Shown: positions 23,152 to 35,222 of the stretch, piece after piece
Layout: each line of letters opens with the position of its first letter
Position numbering within the stretch: position 1 is the stretch's first letter
Notes under the pieces: generated by a model
What the model saw: the letters and a program-made list of their open reading frames with translations, nothing else
What the model was told of the DNA's origin: nothing
Database searches by the model: none
Made by a program: the position numbers and the translations under genes
Assembly (NCBI GenBank): GCA_008632985.1
Contig: QPGO01000147.1
Coordinates: 62,001-126,000 of the forward strand
Source of the DNA: Psammoneis japonica
Taxonomy: Eukaryota
DNA: 64,000 bases
Reading direction: 5' to 3'

Positions 23152-25035
23152 ATGTCGTTCTCCCTCATGATCTTTGTTGCTCTCTTTTCTACCATCCTTG
23201 CCGGTGGCGTTGCTTTCATCGGCAATGTTGACATTGCCGCATTCTCGGCTTTCGTTGCTTTGAAGTCGATTTCGAAGAAGCTTTTCGACGATGAACAAGT
23301 CGGCACGTTTCAACTTGATCTGGCCCCAACTGTTCAAGAGGTTACTTCGATTGTTCCGTATTCCAATGGCGCTGCTGTCTTCTTCAACAAGTCGACCGCG
23401 CCTGCTTGGTTCAAATGTTACGTTCAGAATCTTGCTCGTTTTGTCGTCAAGACTCGTGTTGAGAAAATCTACGTTTTTCCTACCGCCGCCAACGAAGCCA
23501 CTACACAAGCCGTTACGGAAAGCCTTCCCACCTACAAACAGAAAATGGTCACTGCTGAATCTGGTATGATCAAGAGTGCTGCTATTTCTTATTCTACAAA
23601 CTCAGTTCTTGTTGAGCTCGTGTTCAAGCCTTCCTCCTCCGACTCGCGTCCTGACGATTTCGAAGAAGTCGTGGTTGACACCCTCAAGAAGAAGCTTCGT
23701 ATTTTCGCTCCAGGCGTTCAAGCGAATATTTTACTCAAGAGCAGCAACACATCCTCGGGTCCATCCATTGATGTTATGGCGATCCTCGAGCTCTCAACAT
23801 GCGACTTCGCCACGAATGTGGAAACGCCCAACCAAAGTTACAAAGTTGTATTCAATGGGAATGAGTGCACGCCCTCCCTTCCATTCGATGCAAGCTTCAC
23901 GCTCAACACACAAGCTCGTCCAATCCGCCGGAACGCCACCCATCCGATTGCCCTCATCGAGGCTCCACCACCTGTTTCATCAACCACGATTGTCCATTCC
24001 GTGCCTGAAGCCTTTAACATGGTTAAAGAAAAGGTGAGCGCGCTCAAAACAATCCAGCGCGCTTTTCGAAACATCCTACAACGAGTTGCCACGATGAACG
24101 CTGCTGCTACAACTATTCAGGTCGCCTTCCAAAGCTTCATTGTCAAGAGCCGCATTCACGAGAAGGAACTCGCCGCCGTCGTGAGGATCCAGGTCGCTTA
24201 CCGAAAACATTGCGCTTTCCGAAACATCCTGCAGCGAGTTGCCGCGACGAACGGTGCTGCTGCAACTATCCAGGTCGCCTTCCAAAGCTTCATTGTGAAG
24301 CGCCGCAAACACGAGAAGAAACTCGCCGCCGTTATGAGGATACAGGTCGCTTACCGACAACATCGCACCCGTGTCGAGAAAGAGGAGAAGTTGAACTATT
24401 TCAAGAGCCTTTTCAAACTCCACTGTTGGAGGGATGCCGGTGGCGTTTTCAGCGCCCATCATCCCAATTTTTATGAATTCTCGACTCCCTGCTTGAATGG
24501 CACAGACAAAGAGAGTGAGTGCAATGACGACTTGGTAATGAAAATGCCCGCCAAGAAAAGCACCGTGGAAAGCATTGCAGCGATTGCAGAGATAATCCAA
24601 ACACTTCTCGCAGCAAGCAACAGGATTCCGCCGCTCCAAACACAGCCTGAAACAAGCACTCCGTCGCTCCACGACCAACCTGGAACAAGCTCGTCGCAAG
24701 CCAAAAAGCCGGCTTTGAATGAAGAGCTCAAGTCATTAAAACGTTGCATTGAAGCCGAGGAAGCTCCAAGAAAAAGGAGAAAGCTTGAGTTCCACGAGCC
24801 CGGCAAACCAAATCCGTTTGCTCTTGAGTTGCTTCGACGAAAGAAAGCACCAACACCCCGTCATCAGCTCAAGCGGTCCCCTCCCAAGTCCAATGAGAAT
24901 CTCAAAAAGAACATTCAAACAATGAAACGGAAGTCCATTGAACAGATCCGACGCCAGAGGAAACATGAACGGATGTGCAAGCTTCGTGGCATTGCAGTCA
25001 AACCATTGAAGACCAGGGCCCTGATGACCCTATGA
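23152..25035 (+). CDS. Hypothetical IQ-motif protein with hydrophobic N terminus and basic C terminus
   Basis: 627-aa ORF with IQ-like motifs IQRAFR, IQVAFQ (x2) and IQVAYR (x2). A 153-bp tandem duplication starts at 24061 and 24214. Confidence 0.65.
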   Translation: MSFSLMIFVALFSTILAGGVAFIGNVDIAAFSAFVALKSISKKLFDDEQVGTFQLDLAPTVQEVTSIVPYSNGAAVFFNKSTAPAWFKCYVQNLARFVVKTRVEKIYVFPTAANEATTQAVTESLPTYKQKMVTAESGMIKSAAISYSTNSVLVELVFKPSSSDSRPDDFEEVVVDTLKKKLRIFAPGVQANILLKSSNTSSGPSIDVMAILELSTCDFATNVETPNQSYKVVFNGNECTPSLPFDASFTLNTQARPIRRNATHPIALIEAPPPVSSTTIVHSVPEAFNMVKEKVSALKTIQRAFRNILQRVATMNAAATTIQVAFQSFIVKSRIHEKELAAVVRIQVAYRKHCAFRNILQRVAATNGAAATIQVAFQSFIVKRRKHEKKLAAVMRIQVAYRQHRTRVEKEEKLNYFKSLFKLHCWRDAGGVFSAHHPNFYEFSTPCLNGTDKESECNDDLVMKMPAKKSTVESIAAIAEIIQTLLAASNRIPPLQTQPETSTPSLHDQPGTSSSQAKKPALNEELKSLKRCIEAEEAPRKRRKLEFHEPGKPNPFALELLRRKKAPTPRHQLKRSPPKSNENLKKNIQTMKRKSIEQIRRQRKHERMCKLRGIAVKPLKTRALMTL

Positions 25036-27420
25036 ACAAAAAGGAGGAGGATGCAATGGAGAGTGTGATGCTGTAAAGGTTTACGTGGAGCTTGTCTCAC
25101 CGGTTTTCTTTCGGTGTCTCTGACGCCCGAATCACACTAAGGTGGTGCGACTCACAGTGACGATTCTGTCGAGTCGCGCAACCCATCGGTTCCGAGAGTT
25201 AATGCGATCTGTCACACAATCCCAGGGAGAAAGAGAGTAGGAAAGACAAGCCCCACAATCGTTAGAGTACAAATAGGAAATCATCACAAATAAATACGTG
25301 TTCAAAGAATACTCCGCTTGGCACCACGCACCCTGTTGATTGGTGGAAGTACCTAGTAGAGACGCTCGTTGATAGGACACAATGTGCGGTATCGAGTGCC
25401 TTATGTTGTCAAAACAGCGACCCAAATATCACTGACAAGAGCATCAGGAAGGAGTCCCGTCCATGCTTAGTGTCCTCGTGACGGAGATAACGCACTCCCT
25501 GCTTCACCAATTTGGCCAGATCTACTAGGCTCCAAGACAAGTGGAATGAGTATTTCGAGCTGTTGATGTCCACAGGTTTTTTGTGATGCTCACGTTTCGA
25601 TATTTCAATGCAAGAGTGCCACGCCATCGGTTCGGAGTCGTGCAGAAACAGGCTTTCGTCCCTCTTGAGAGCTAGACAGTGCCCAAGCCTTGGCAAATCG
25701 TCCCAACCGCTAATATTCCCCTCTCCCGAAGTGCCTCAATGTTATAGAATCAATGCATGTGCTACTGCACCTCTAGAAATGAGAATTTGCTTCACGTTGT
25801 TGGTCCCAGACACGATGCGTTTATAAGCAGCAAGATTACGGAAAAGTGTCCCACTCGAAGATAGGGTCATTACCCAAGTTCCACGCACCACTTTGTCGCA
25901 AATTCCACAAGTAATGGACCACTGGGTTGCCAAGTGCAGAAGCGTCGGAAAGGAGCCCAAGCAAGTATAGAACGCACGGTCGTTTCCTGGCAGTGGCGAC
26001 CCGATTCTACGTCCACCACCCAAAACCAACGAGCACCTTCAAAGTGCAACGCAATCCTCCGAGGTTGACTGCCCCATCTTAATACCATTCAACACCCCAA
26101 CCCCAACGAAGCTCGCAGTCCCAGTAGACAAATCGATCGACTAGCCTCTCCCTCCTCCCACGCCTCAATTCAATGATCATTCGATCGCCGAGAAAGCCTT
26201 GATAACAAAAAAAGACGGTTAGCAGAGCAACAAAAAGTAATCAAAGCGTTTGGTAAGTATTCACCCAACCCGGCAAACCATTGACTCGAACGGCGGCGAC
26301 AGCAGCTCGAGACTTACATTTTCAGGAGACATCAGCAGAGCCCACCGAACGGCTTTTTCATCTTCAGGATTCCTCAGTACATCACATTAAAGCAATAGAT
26401 GCAACACCGACCGAACAGGTTCCTTTTCAGGACACCCCAGTACACCCCACAAGACTGGCTACTTGCCTACTAGTACTCGAGAAAGCCCGTACAGGGGCTG
26501 ATAGGACCAAACCAGATGAACTCTCCGGCTCCGACTTAATCGAGCTGATCCAGGTCATCATACTACAACCTATTCGACTGCCAAACACGCCTATCTTCTC
26601 CTGTGAACCTGCCAAGGAAGTGGCTGAACAAAAGTATTGGTTGATTTTGTCCCAACATTAGTCACCCACTACCGGTATAGAACAACATCAGGAATATGAT
26701 GAAGAAAGGTGCAGTGTATCCACCGGCGTCAATCAATGACGCCGACCGAGCACAGCATCTAGCTGACGCCGTAGAACAAGGAAGCCACAAAAGTCCGCCA
26801 TACGTAAAGTGGAAATCTTGACAGAGAAGCTCCACGAGGAAGTCGACATCCTCAAAGGGAGGGAGTTGTGGTGCTACCGGACATTGGTGAGGACCTGAAA
26901 CAAGGTCAGGCAGCGGTACTCCATGCACTGCATGTCTTGGGAACACCCGTCCACCCCGATGAAATCTTTCTTATGCTCAGCTCTAGTAAAACATGCCATC
27001 TCTTTGTCAACTTCTTGATGATTCTTTGCTGACTGAAGATGCGTTGCGCAGCGGGAGCTCGTCGCCTTCATGAGGGTAGAATAGGTATTTTAGATATAAA
27101 TCATCGTTCCATTGCACTTACAGCACTCGAAACCTGGTATTTTCCGTTGTCGCAGGCTCATCATGCCGCGTCAGACGATTTGTGAAAGAGCACCGTTTTT
27201 ACCTTCCACAGCCACTCGTTTTGAACAAACAAAACATTAAAAAATACGAAGATTATTTCTTGAGGATGCAGCCAAGTGTCGGTTGTCATATCGACACACA
27301 ATGGGTGCGGAGTCGTAGAGCACGACGTCTCACACATACGCCATGATGGTGATAACAGCGGAACTATTGAGCGGATGCGTCGCATTGATCGCGCGAAAAA
27401 GGTCTGCGCACGAGTTTGGG

Positions 27421-27470
27421 AAAAACGATTGAAATGGCGGTAAAAACGATTGAAATGGGTAAAAACGGTT
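27421..27470. repeat. Short tandem repeat (aaaaacgattgaaatgg-type, about 20-bp unit, 2.5 copies)
   Basis: Read directly from the sequence. Confidence 0.7.
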
Positions 27471-28495
27471 TGGGGTGACTCGCTTCCCCGTTGGGCCTCT
27501 GTCACCATTGCGCATCGCATCAATGTTACGGCCGTGATCAGGAGCTTCTATTAGCACCTTTGTTTGCGAAAATTGGTGGAATATTCGTGAGGTAAAGTCG
27601 TGTTATGTGCGTATTTTTGGCACTTTTCACGTGAGTCGTTTGCCATTTCGCGTTTGCTTCGTTGTTTCAGCATCGTTCCTCCCTGTTCGTGGCTCGTATC
27701 GCTACTTTATTGTTTCAAGAAGGTTGCTAGTGCGTTACATGGCCAAATCTGGTGTTTTCAAAGTCGTGAGAACACGATTTATCCGTGCTACATCGTTGTT
27801 GTTTTCGTGCCGCTTGATCGTTCATCCTTTGCTTCTTTTAACAAGCTTCGTCCGTCGCACGCTGCGTCTCGTGTCGCTTCTTTGTTGTGTTGGGAAGAAA
27901 TTCCGAGTGCTGTATTGTTATGGCGCGCGCTGTATCTGTCGTGAAAAAATTTTTTTACCCGTGTTATACGTATTCCCGCCATTTTGAGCAACGGTGTTTT
28001 TCAAATTCTCTCCACTCTCTGGCACTGTTGCTGGGGGCAACGGAATCGTCATTACGATGAGGGGGAGTGCTGACGGACGACCGAAGCGAAAGCGAAAACC
28101 ACCTCCTAGAGCTTCGCTGTCTGTGCAAAATGAACTTGACACCAAGAATGCAAGAGTGGAGCGCCTTGAGAAAGCTCCACATTGTTGTGACCAATGAGGA
28201 ATCCAAGTTGTGCGCCCATCTGATCGTGCCCGATTCCGCGTCAAACCGGCATGGTGGGGGTGATGTGCTTTCTGATGTCATCGGGGCCAAAGACGCTGGA
28301 ATTGGAATGGACATCTTGGTGAAGACCGGCAAGTGTCGATAAAATGACGAGGTGAAATATCCAGACAATGCGGTGGACTACACCGTTGACTCGATTGTGG
28401 AAGCTGTTGACCTGACATTGTCTTCATTGGAGCAAGATGCTGGTAACGAGAACGAATAGCATAGGTATAGTACATCAGGTCTATAATTTTTAGCT

Positions 28496-31452
28496 CTATA
28501 GAGTTATCATTTCACAATCATGTACGGACTTTTTTCTTCGAGCCGGCTCTGTCTGGAGTCCCTGTTCCGGGGCTCGTGGTGTCTCTGCTGAAGATAAAGG
28601 CGACGGCTCGCTTTCGGAGAAGGACCCAATGCCTCCATGAGAATCCTCAACTGTAACTACTAGTGTTTCCATGTTGGGTTTTGTGATGATGACGCTCTCT
28701 TCATCGTTGACATCAATGCTGGCCTCCTCGCCTTGTCCAAGAAAGCCACGCACAATGGCATCACTCAGAGTATCTTCCAAGTAACGTTGAGCCGCTCGTC
28801 GCATGGGGCGAGCTCCAAACTGTGCCGCGTGTGCGCTACCCTCGGCCATTATCCTTTTCACAAGCAATGGAGATACCGATAAGTCCAAATTGCGTTCAGC
28901 TTGGGCACGCTCAATGGTCTCGGCCACCATGTTGTCGGCGATGGCAAGCAAGTCCGGCTCGGATAGCGGCGAAAAGACGACAATTTCATCAATACGGTTG
29001 AGCAATTCGGGTTTCATGGCTGCTTCAAGTTCCTCCTTCACCACCTCAGACAGTTGCGCATACTGCGAATCGGCGCCATCGCCATTGACACTTGATTTAC
29101 CAGCTTGTTCTCGGGAAAGCTCAAGAATCCGTTTGCTCCCGACATTGGAGGTCATTACGAGAATTGCATGTTTAAAATCCACAGTTCTTCCCTTGCCGTC
29201 TGTCAATACTCCATCTTCCATGATTTGTAACAAAATGTTGAGCACATCGCCGTGCGCCTTTTCCAGTTCGTCTAGTAACACCAGCGAATGTGGCGCACGA
29301 CGCACAGCCTCAGTAAGTTGCCCACCCTCGTCCTGAATCAAAAGACACAGCAATTGGGGCGGTCAGCAAGACAAGAATGACTCAGCCATCCATACCGTAC
29401 AAGTGGTAGCAGCAACTCACATATCCAATATATCCCGGAGGCGGACCCGTCAATCGACTGACCGAGTGCTTCTCCATGTACTCGCTCATGTCGATCCGAA
29501 CCATGTTCTTTTTCGATCCAAAGTAAATTTCAGATAGTCTCTTGCAAAGTTCCGTCTTGCCCGTACCTATGAAAGGGAAAAACAAATTGGAATGAGAAAT
29601 CAGACTTTTAGAGATATTGTACAGCAGTTGCCCGTGTTCACCACAAAAGTCAGGTGTATCTGCCCTTACCCGTCGGACCACAAAACATAAAAGAGGCTGG
29701 ACGGTTTCCGTCTCGAATTCCAGACCGTGCCCTGCGTACCGCTCGCGCCACGGAACGAACCGCCCGGTCTTGTCCCTTGACGTGTCGTTCAATCTTGTCT
29801 TCGAGCTGCACGAGGTGTTCCATTTCGTCGCTTTCCAATTGACCAATGGGTACGGCGGACCATTCCGAAACGACTTGTGCCACAGTGTGGTCCGTCACCA
29901 CCAAGGGTGTGCCGTCGTCATTGTCGGCACTATTGTGTTTATCCATGTGCACAATGGCCCCGGCTTCATCCAGCAAGTCAATTGCCTTGTCGGGCAAGAA
30001 TCGATCCGTCACGTATCGTTCACTCAGTTTGGCCGCCGCTACCAAGCTCTCTGTAGAGTACGAAACTCCGTGGTGCGACGCATATTTGGGTGCAATTGCT
30101 TTTAAAATATCCACGGTTCGTTCCACGGTTGGCTCTAGTACCATCAATGGTTGCAATCGCCGTTCCAATGCCGCATCCTTTTCAATATACTTTCTGTATT
30201 CCGCAATGGTTGTCGCGCCAATCACTTGCAAATTGCCACGCGCTAAGGCGGGTTTGAGCATGTTGGCGGCATCCATGCCACCGTCGGCGCTTCCGGCACC
30301 CACCAGTGTATGAATTTCATCTAGAAACAAAATCGTGGGTGGAGCTCGGTCGTTGGTGACTTCTTGAACAATGGCTTGAAGGCGTTCTTCAAATTCACCG
30401 CGATACTTTGTTCCGGCCACGAGCGTTGCCATTTCCAAGGAAATGATGCGATGGTCCTTGAGTCGCGGTGGGCACGTTTCTTCGTTTACCAAAATTTGTG
30501 CAATTCCCTCGACAATGGCGGTCTTGCCAACACCGGCTTCGCCCATGAGACAGGGATTGTTTTTTCGTCGTCTCACCAAGGTTCGTAGACAAGAACGAAT
30601 TTCGTCGTCTCGGCCATGGACGGGATCCAATTGATTATCACGCGCCATTTGGGTCAAGTCTACACCGCATTCTTCCAACGTGGGTGTTGACGTGGTTTTG
30701 CCCTTGCCACCGGCCGCTACGAGACCATCCTCGTCTTCGTCTTGTTCCAACAAATGTTGCAACACGTCATTACAAAAATCAATCGCTTCAATTGTGGGCT
30801 CCGTACTTGCTTCCATCAAAAGAGAGAGTGCCTCACTTGTTTCTGACGCTGTTTCCGTCTTGCCATTGTACCCCAACAAGGCCAACAAGACGTGATGAGA
30901 CGAAACCGTCGCACTCGCCGTCAGATCCGCCAGTTTGCCAGCGCTCGCGAGTGCTTGTTTGAGTTCTTTGGAAAAGGGCAAATCCTCGTCGCTGCTTTGA
31001 TTTTGTTGAAAAAGGGCCTTGACTCTGTTGTTGTCGTTCGAAGAAGGATGCATGTCTTGAAACTTACGCTTGACGTTGTAAAAGGTAATGCCGTACTTCT
31101 TCAGGGATTTGCGTGCTGCTTCGGGACGATCGACAATGCCCAACACCATGGCTTGCGGTGATACGGAATCGAGTTGAACCCAATTGGCCTGTTTCTGGGC
31201 CGTTACAATGGCGCCAATGCAATCTTCCGACATGCGTTCAAAAACCATTCTTAGAGAAAAAGTGGTCCGTCCCACATTATTCTTGTTGTGGATGATCGAG
31301 CGTTGCTGTCTTGAAGTATAAAGCACATTGTTACTTCGTCCTGCAGGAACAAACGAAAAGGCCCTTGTGGAGTGATTGACAAGAGCGACCACAAATATAA
31401 CATGAAACAACCAGCAGCATGGCTGCCGTCGCTGTCGAAACAACTCCGACAT
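28496..31452 (-). CDS. Nuclear-encoded, probably plastid-targeted Clp/Hsp100 AAA+ chaperone (ClpC/ClpD-like); exons 31452-29670, 29566-29421, 29332-28496
   Basis: Clp-N domain (FERMSEDC...), NBD1 GEAGVGKT / LFLDEIH / DAALERR, NBD2 GPTGTGKT (restored by splicing), [25 protein letters not shown] and FGARPMRR. Presequence with STRA-F. Two GT-AG introns. Confidence 0.92.
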
Positions 31453-31834
31453 GGTCGTCGAACGAAGGAAGTGAGAAAGAAGAAAACAAAATCGTGCGCC
31501 ACATTTCTGTGGGTTGGGTAATATTCCTTCATGAACGAATAAATCAAATTGTTTGGATTCCATGACCACGTCATCAGCCACCATGGCTGATAGATACTGA
31601 ATGAATGAAAGGTTCGGCACGTGCACCAAGACCGCTCAAAAGGCATATCCACTGACAAACGGATACCATACAGATATCAACACGTGCGTGTTTTTCAATT
31701 TGTGGTGCGCGCATGCTGTTCGTTGCTGTTGATGTTGGCATCGTGATGGCACATGCATTGAACATGCACATCTTGGATCGTTCCTTCAAGGTAGATAGGG
31801 CACTTTGTATTATCTGTGTGATTGATTGAACAAG

Positions 31835-33457
31835 ATGACAAGGCTTGGTACTCTGGTTCTCATTAGTATTGCAACTTATGCAAATGTCGCCTCGGCATTT
31901 ACTACAACAACGACGTCTCGGCATGCTGTGTTGCCTCGGCATCCGCCTGTAGTAGCTCCCAAGTTTGTTTTTTCGTATCCTTCGTCGTTTCGTCGTGTTG
32001 AATTCCGCAGCAAGAAACAACAACAGCAGAATCCCCTATACATGGCTGACGATGAAAATCAAGACGAGTCGCCTTCTGAAGAAGAAACAAAAGATACTCC
32101 TCCTACTTCTGGTGGCACGGCTACCATTCCAAACGAAGTCTTCAATCTCGTCAAATCCATTGTCGGTGCGGGAGTACTGAGTTTACCAGCAGGCATTGCC
32201 GCGTTTGGCGATGCACCTTCTGCCGCGTGGCCAGCTGTCGCCTTGATTGCCGCGATTGGTAGCTTGTCGGGCTATGCCTTTTCTCTGATTGGACGTGTCT
32301 GTTCCTACACGGGTGCAACCTCGTATAAAGATGCATGGACCGAATCGGTGGGTTCGTCCACCAGTTGGATACCCGCAGTCAGTTGTACCTTTAAAACCGT
32401 CGCTGCCGTTTTGGCGTACAGCATGATTTTGGCAGACACGTCCACGTCCCTCTTGACCACGGCGGGCGTTGCCTCGACACGCACCAAATCACTTCTTGGC
32501 GTCACGGGGCTCATCTTGTTGCCCTTGTGTTGGTTGAAGAACCTTTCTTCACTCGCACCCTTTTCACTCTTGGGTAGTTTGGGTATGGGCTATACCGCTG
32601 TCGCCATGGGCATTCGTTGCTTTGGACCCGCCTACAAAAAGGGTGGCAAGTACTTGGCCGACGTTGCGACCGAGTTGCAACCATCCTTTGGAACCAAGGG
32701 TGCCTCCAGTGTCTTGTCTCCCAATTCCTTTATACTCATTTGCATGCTTTCCACGGCATTCATGGCACACTTTAACGCTCCCAAGTTTTATACAGAACTC
32801 AAGGACAATACCATTGCACGATACAACAAGGTCGTGTCGACGAGCTTTGGTATTTCCATTGGACTCTTTGCTGCCATTGCGAGTTTGGGCTTCTTAACGT
32901 TTGGTGCCGCCAGTTCGGGATTGATTCTCAACAATTATTCCAACGCCGATGCGCTCATGAGTCTGAGCCGTATTGCCGTCTTTGTTAGTTTGATCTTTTC
33001 GTGAGTATTTGTGTATAAATTGTAGTGTGGTATCTCTGTTTCTGAGTAGCTCGCATCTCAACCCGTACTTTGCTATACTTCTCGCTCTATTATTGTAATA
33101 CACAGTTATCCGCTCGTTTTCCTTGGAGTCCGCGATGGTTTCATGGACTTGTTCAACGTCAAGGACCGGTCCAATAGCAAACTCAATGCCTTCACGGTTG
33201 GTCTACTGGGAGGTGTGACAGCCTTGGCACTCAAGGTGAAAGATTTGAGTTTTGTCTTGGCCTTTGGCGGAGCAACGCTGGGCAATTCGCTCATTTATAT
33301 TTATCCAGCGCTCATGTTTCGATCGGCCGTCAAGAATATGTCGAGTCCAACAAAGGGACAAGAAATGGAAGGCAAACTCGCCCTGGGCATGGCAGGCCTT
33401 GGAGCGGCACTGGGATTGACGGGAGCTAGAATGGCAATCAAGAATCTGGCGCTGTAG
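31835..33457 (+). CDS. Amino-acid transporter Aa_trans/SLC38-like, paralog 2, with ASAF plastid-type presequence; exons 31835-33000, 33106-33457
   Basis: Same motifs as paralog 1. N terminus MTRLGTLVLISIATYANVASA-FTTTT. The intron 33001-33105 lies at the same F-S-Y-P position. Confidence 0.92.
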
Positions 33458-33763
33458 AGTGGGAGACGTACATGTATGTGATATTGGAGCGTTGTGTGGT
33501 GTTACATGTTGTGAATCGAATTAGGGTTGTTTGGAGGATGCATTATATAAATGCATACTATCGCTTTGTAACGCGCTCGCGTCGGGAGAAACGCGGCAGC
33601 TAAGAATTAAAGAAATAACTAAGCAGTTCCATAGTCATCAGAACGTATTCTATTTTCCCACATCTACATTTGCTACCTAGGCGTACTACATATAGACCGC
33701 ATTGGGGTCCGACCTGCCACATGAGTAGCGCACAATCGACACTGCGCCTCAAATGAAATGCTG

Positions 33764-33819
33764 GGCACTCAAAGAAACACGACGCAAGTTCGGCACTCAA
33801 AAAACACGACGCAACTTCG
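33764..33819. repeat. 28-bp direct tandem duplication (ggcactcaaa.aaacacgacgcaa.ttc)
   Basis: Read directly from the sequence. Confidence 0.7.
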
Positions 33820-33835
33820 AATGACCTCCCCGCCC

Positions 33836-34924
33836 CTACAACTCTCGAAGATTACCAAACATCTCCAATCCAGTTCCATGCCAGTGTTTGGCATCACCGT
33901 TCGTGTTTGCACGAACTCGGAAGAAACCATAAAACGAGTCTGTGCTTTTCACTTTCCAAATGAATCGCTCGTACCTCTCTAGCATGTTAGTCGCATACTC
34001 ATCCTCACTAACAGAAGATGCTTCGTTCTCCTCCCGCCTTATAGCCACATCAAAGTCATGCTCAATGCCGCCCTCATGCTCTTGAAGTGGTTCCCACTCC
34101 TTGCCATCGGTCGATGCCTCAAAAATCCAAGGAGCATCCAACCCGTCGCAACATTCATATCGAAGAGAGTAGTGTGTTGGACAGAGTGATGCATTTCGTA
34201 GCGCAACTGTAGCTGTCCATCCATCGTCTACAGGGAAGCATGGTGTGAAGTCAGAATGAACAAGGCGAACGTCAATGTAATATTCGGGGTCGGGGGGTGC
34301 TTTGCACTGTGGGCGATGCTGGACAAACATTGAGCGGGTCAACGCAGATCCAGCTTTGTACCGTTCCCCCGTTTCTTCTGTGTCCAAAGACTCGTCACAC
34401 CATCCGCCGACGTGTACCTTGCCGCTCATGTGGGGGTTGCTGTACGTTTCGCGTCCATAGTCCGTGCCGAGCAAGTACAACACACCACGATTCTGGGAAT
34501 TCGGTGGGCATGAGTGCACTGGCGGTTCACAATTGGTGGCAAGGTCATCCAACCCGTAAAACATAGCTTCGTCGCGAAGCCTGCTCCAGAAACCTTTATT
34601 TTCAAGGTACGGTTGGGGCAGCATGTTTTCGATCTCGCCCGTTCTCAAGAACTCGAGAATGCACCTGAACAACTCAGGATCGCGGTCGATGAAATAAATC
34701 GTTCGTCCCCACTGATCCTGTCCATAGACGCCTCCAGGAGTCATGTCGTTGGTAGTGTTTCCAAAGCGAGCTGCAAAATACGAGCCACCAACGCGTGTGA
34801 GCGTCGAGAGGTACGCATCAAAGTTTTCTCCTCCGACACGCAACACAACGATGGGATCGTCACGACGGATTTCGGCCTTGTGCGCTTCAGTCCATGGGTC
34901 TGCAGAGTCTGCGTCACTCGACAT
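33836..34924 (-). CDS. BTB/POZ (KCTD/T1-type) protein with C-terminal galactose-binding-like domain
   Basis: LRVGGENF...STLT...YFAARF...YFIDRDPELFRCILEFLRTG, then NRGVLYLLGT...NPH...PTHYSLR...WIFEASTDGKEW...LEMFG. Start assumed at MSSDADS (34924). Confidence 0.82.
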   Translation of the reverse strand: MSSDADSADPWTEAHKAEIRRDDPIVVLRVGGENFDAYLSTLTRVGGSYFAARFGNTTNDMTPGGVYGQDQWGRTIYFIDRDPELFRCILEFLRTGEIENMLPQPYLENKGFWSRLRDEAMFYGLDDLATNCEPPVHSCPPNSQNRGVLYLLGTDYGRETYSNPHMSGKVHVGGWCDESLDTEETGERYKAGSALTRSMFVQHRPQCKAPPDPEYYIDVRLVHSDFTPCFPVDDGWTATVALRNASLCPTHYSLRYECCDGLDAPWIFEASTDGKEWEPLQEHEGGIEHDFDVAIRREENEASSVSEDEYATNMLERYERFIWKVKSTDSFYGFFRVRANTNGDAKHWHGTGLEMFGNLREL

Positions 34925-35222
34925 CCTTGGTACGACAACTGGAAGAAATACAACAACAACAACAATGCAGGAGATGAAACGCAACAGCAATGCGAGATTA
35001 TGAAGTCAGTCCATCGTGATCAGCCATGGCCATCGCTGCGAAGCACCAAAACGGTCGGAGTAGCCACGTTATTTTTGCGGTTTGTTTTACTAATAAATTG
35101 TTGTTGGTTATTTGCAAAAATAACAAAAACCAAGTGACGCTATGGTTGTGTCTCGTATTCGCACACCCCATACTCCTCGAATTCGGAACCAACCCGTTGT
35201 TCTAAATATCACGTAAAGAGAA

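Noticed and set aside
25132..28475. Scattered 60-135 aa ORFs, possibly transposase or pseudogene debris
   Set aside because: No diagnostic motif identified and the frames are inconsistent.
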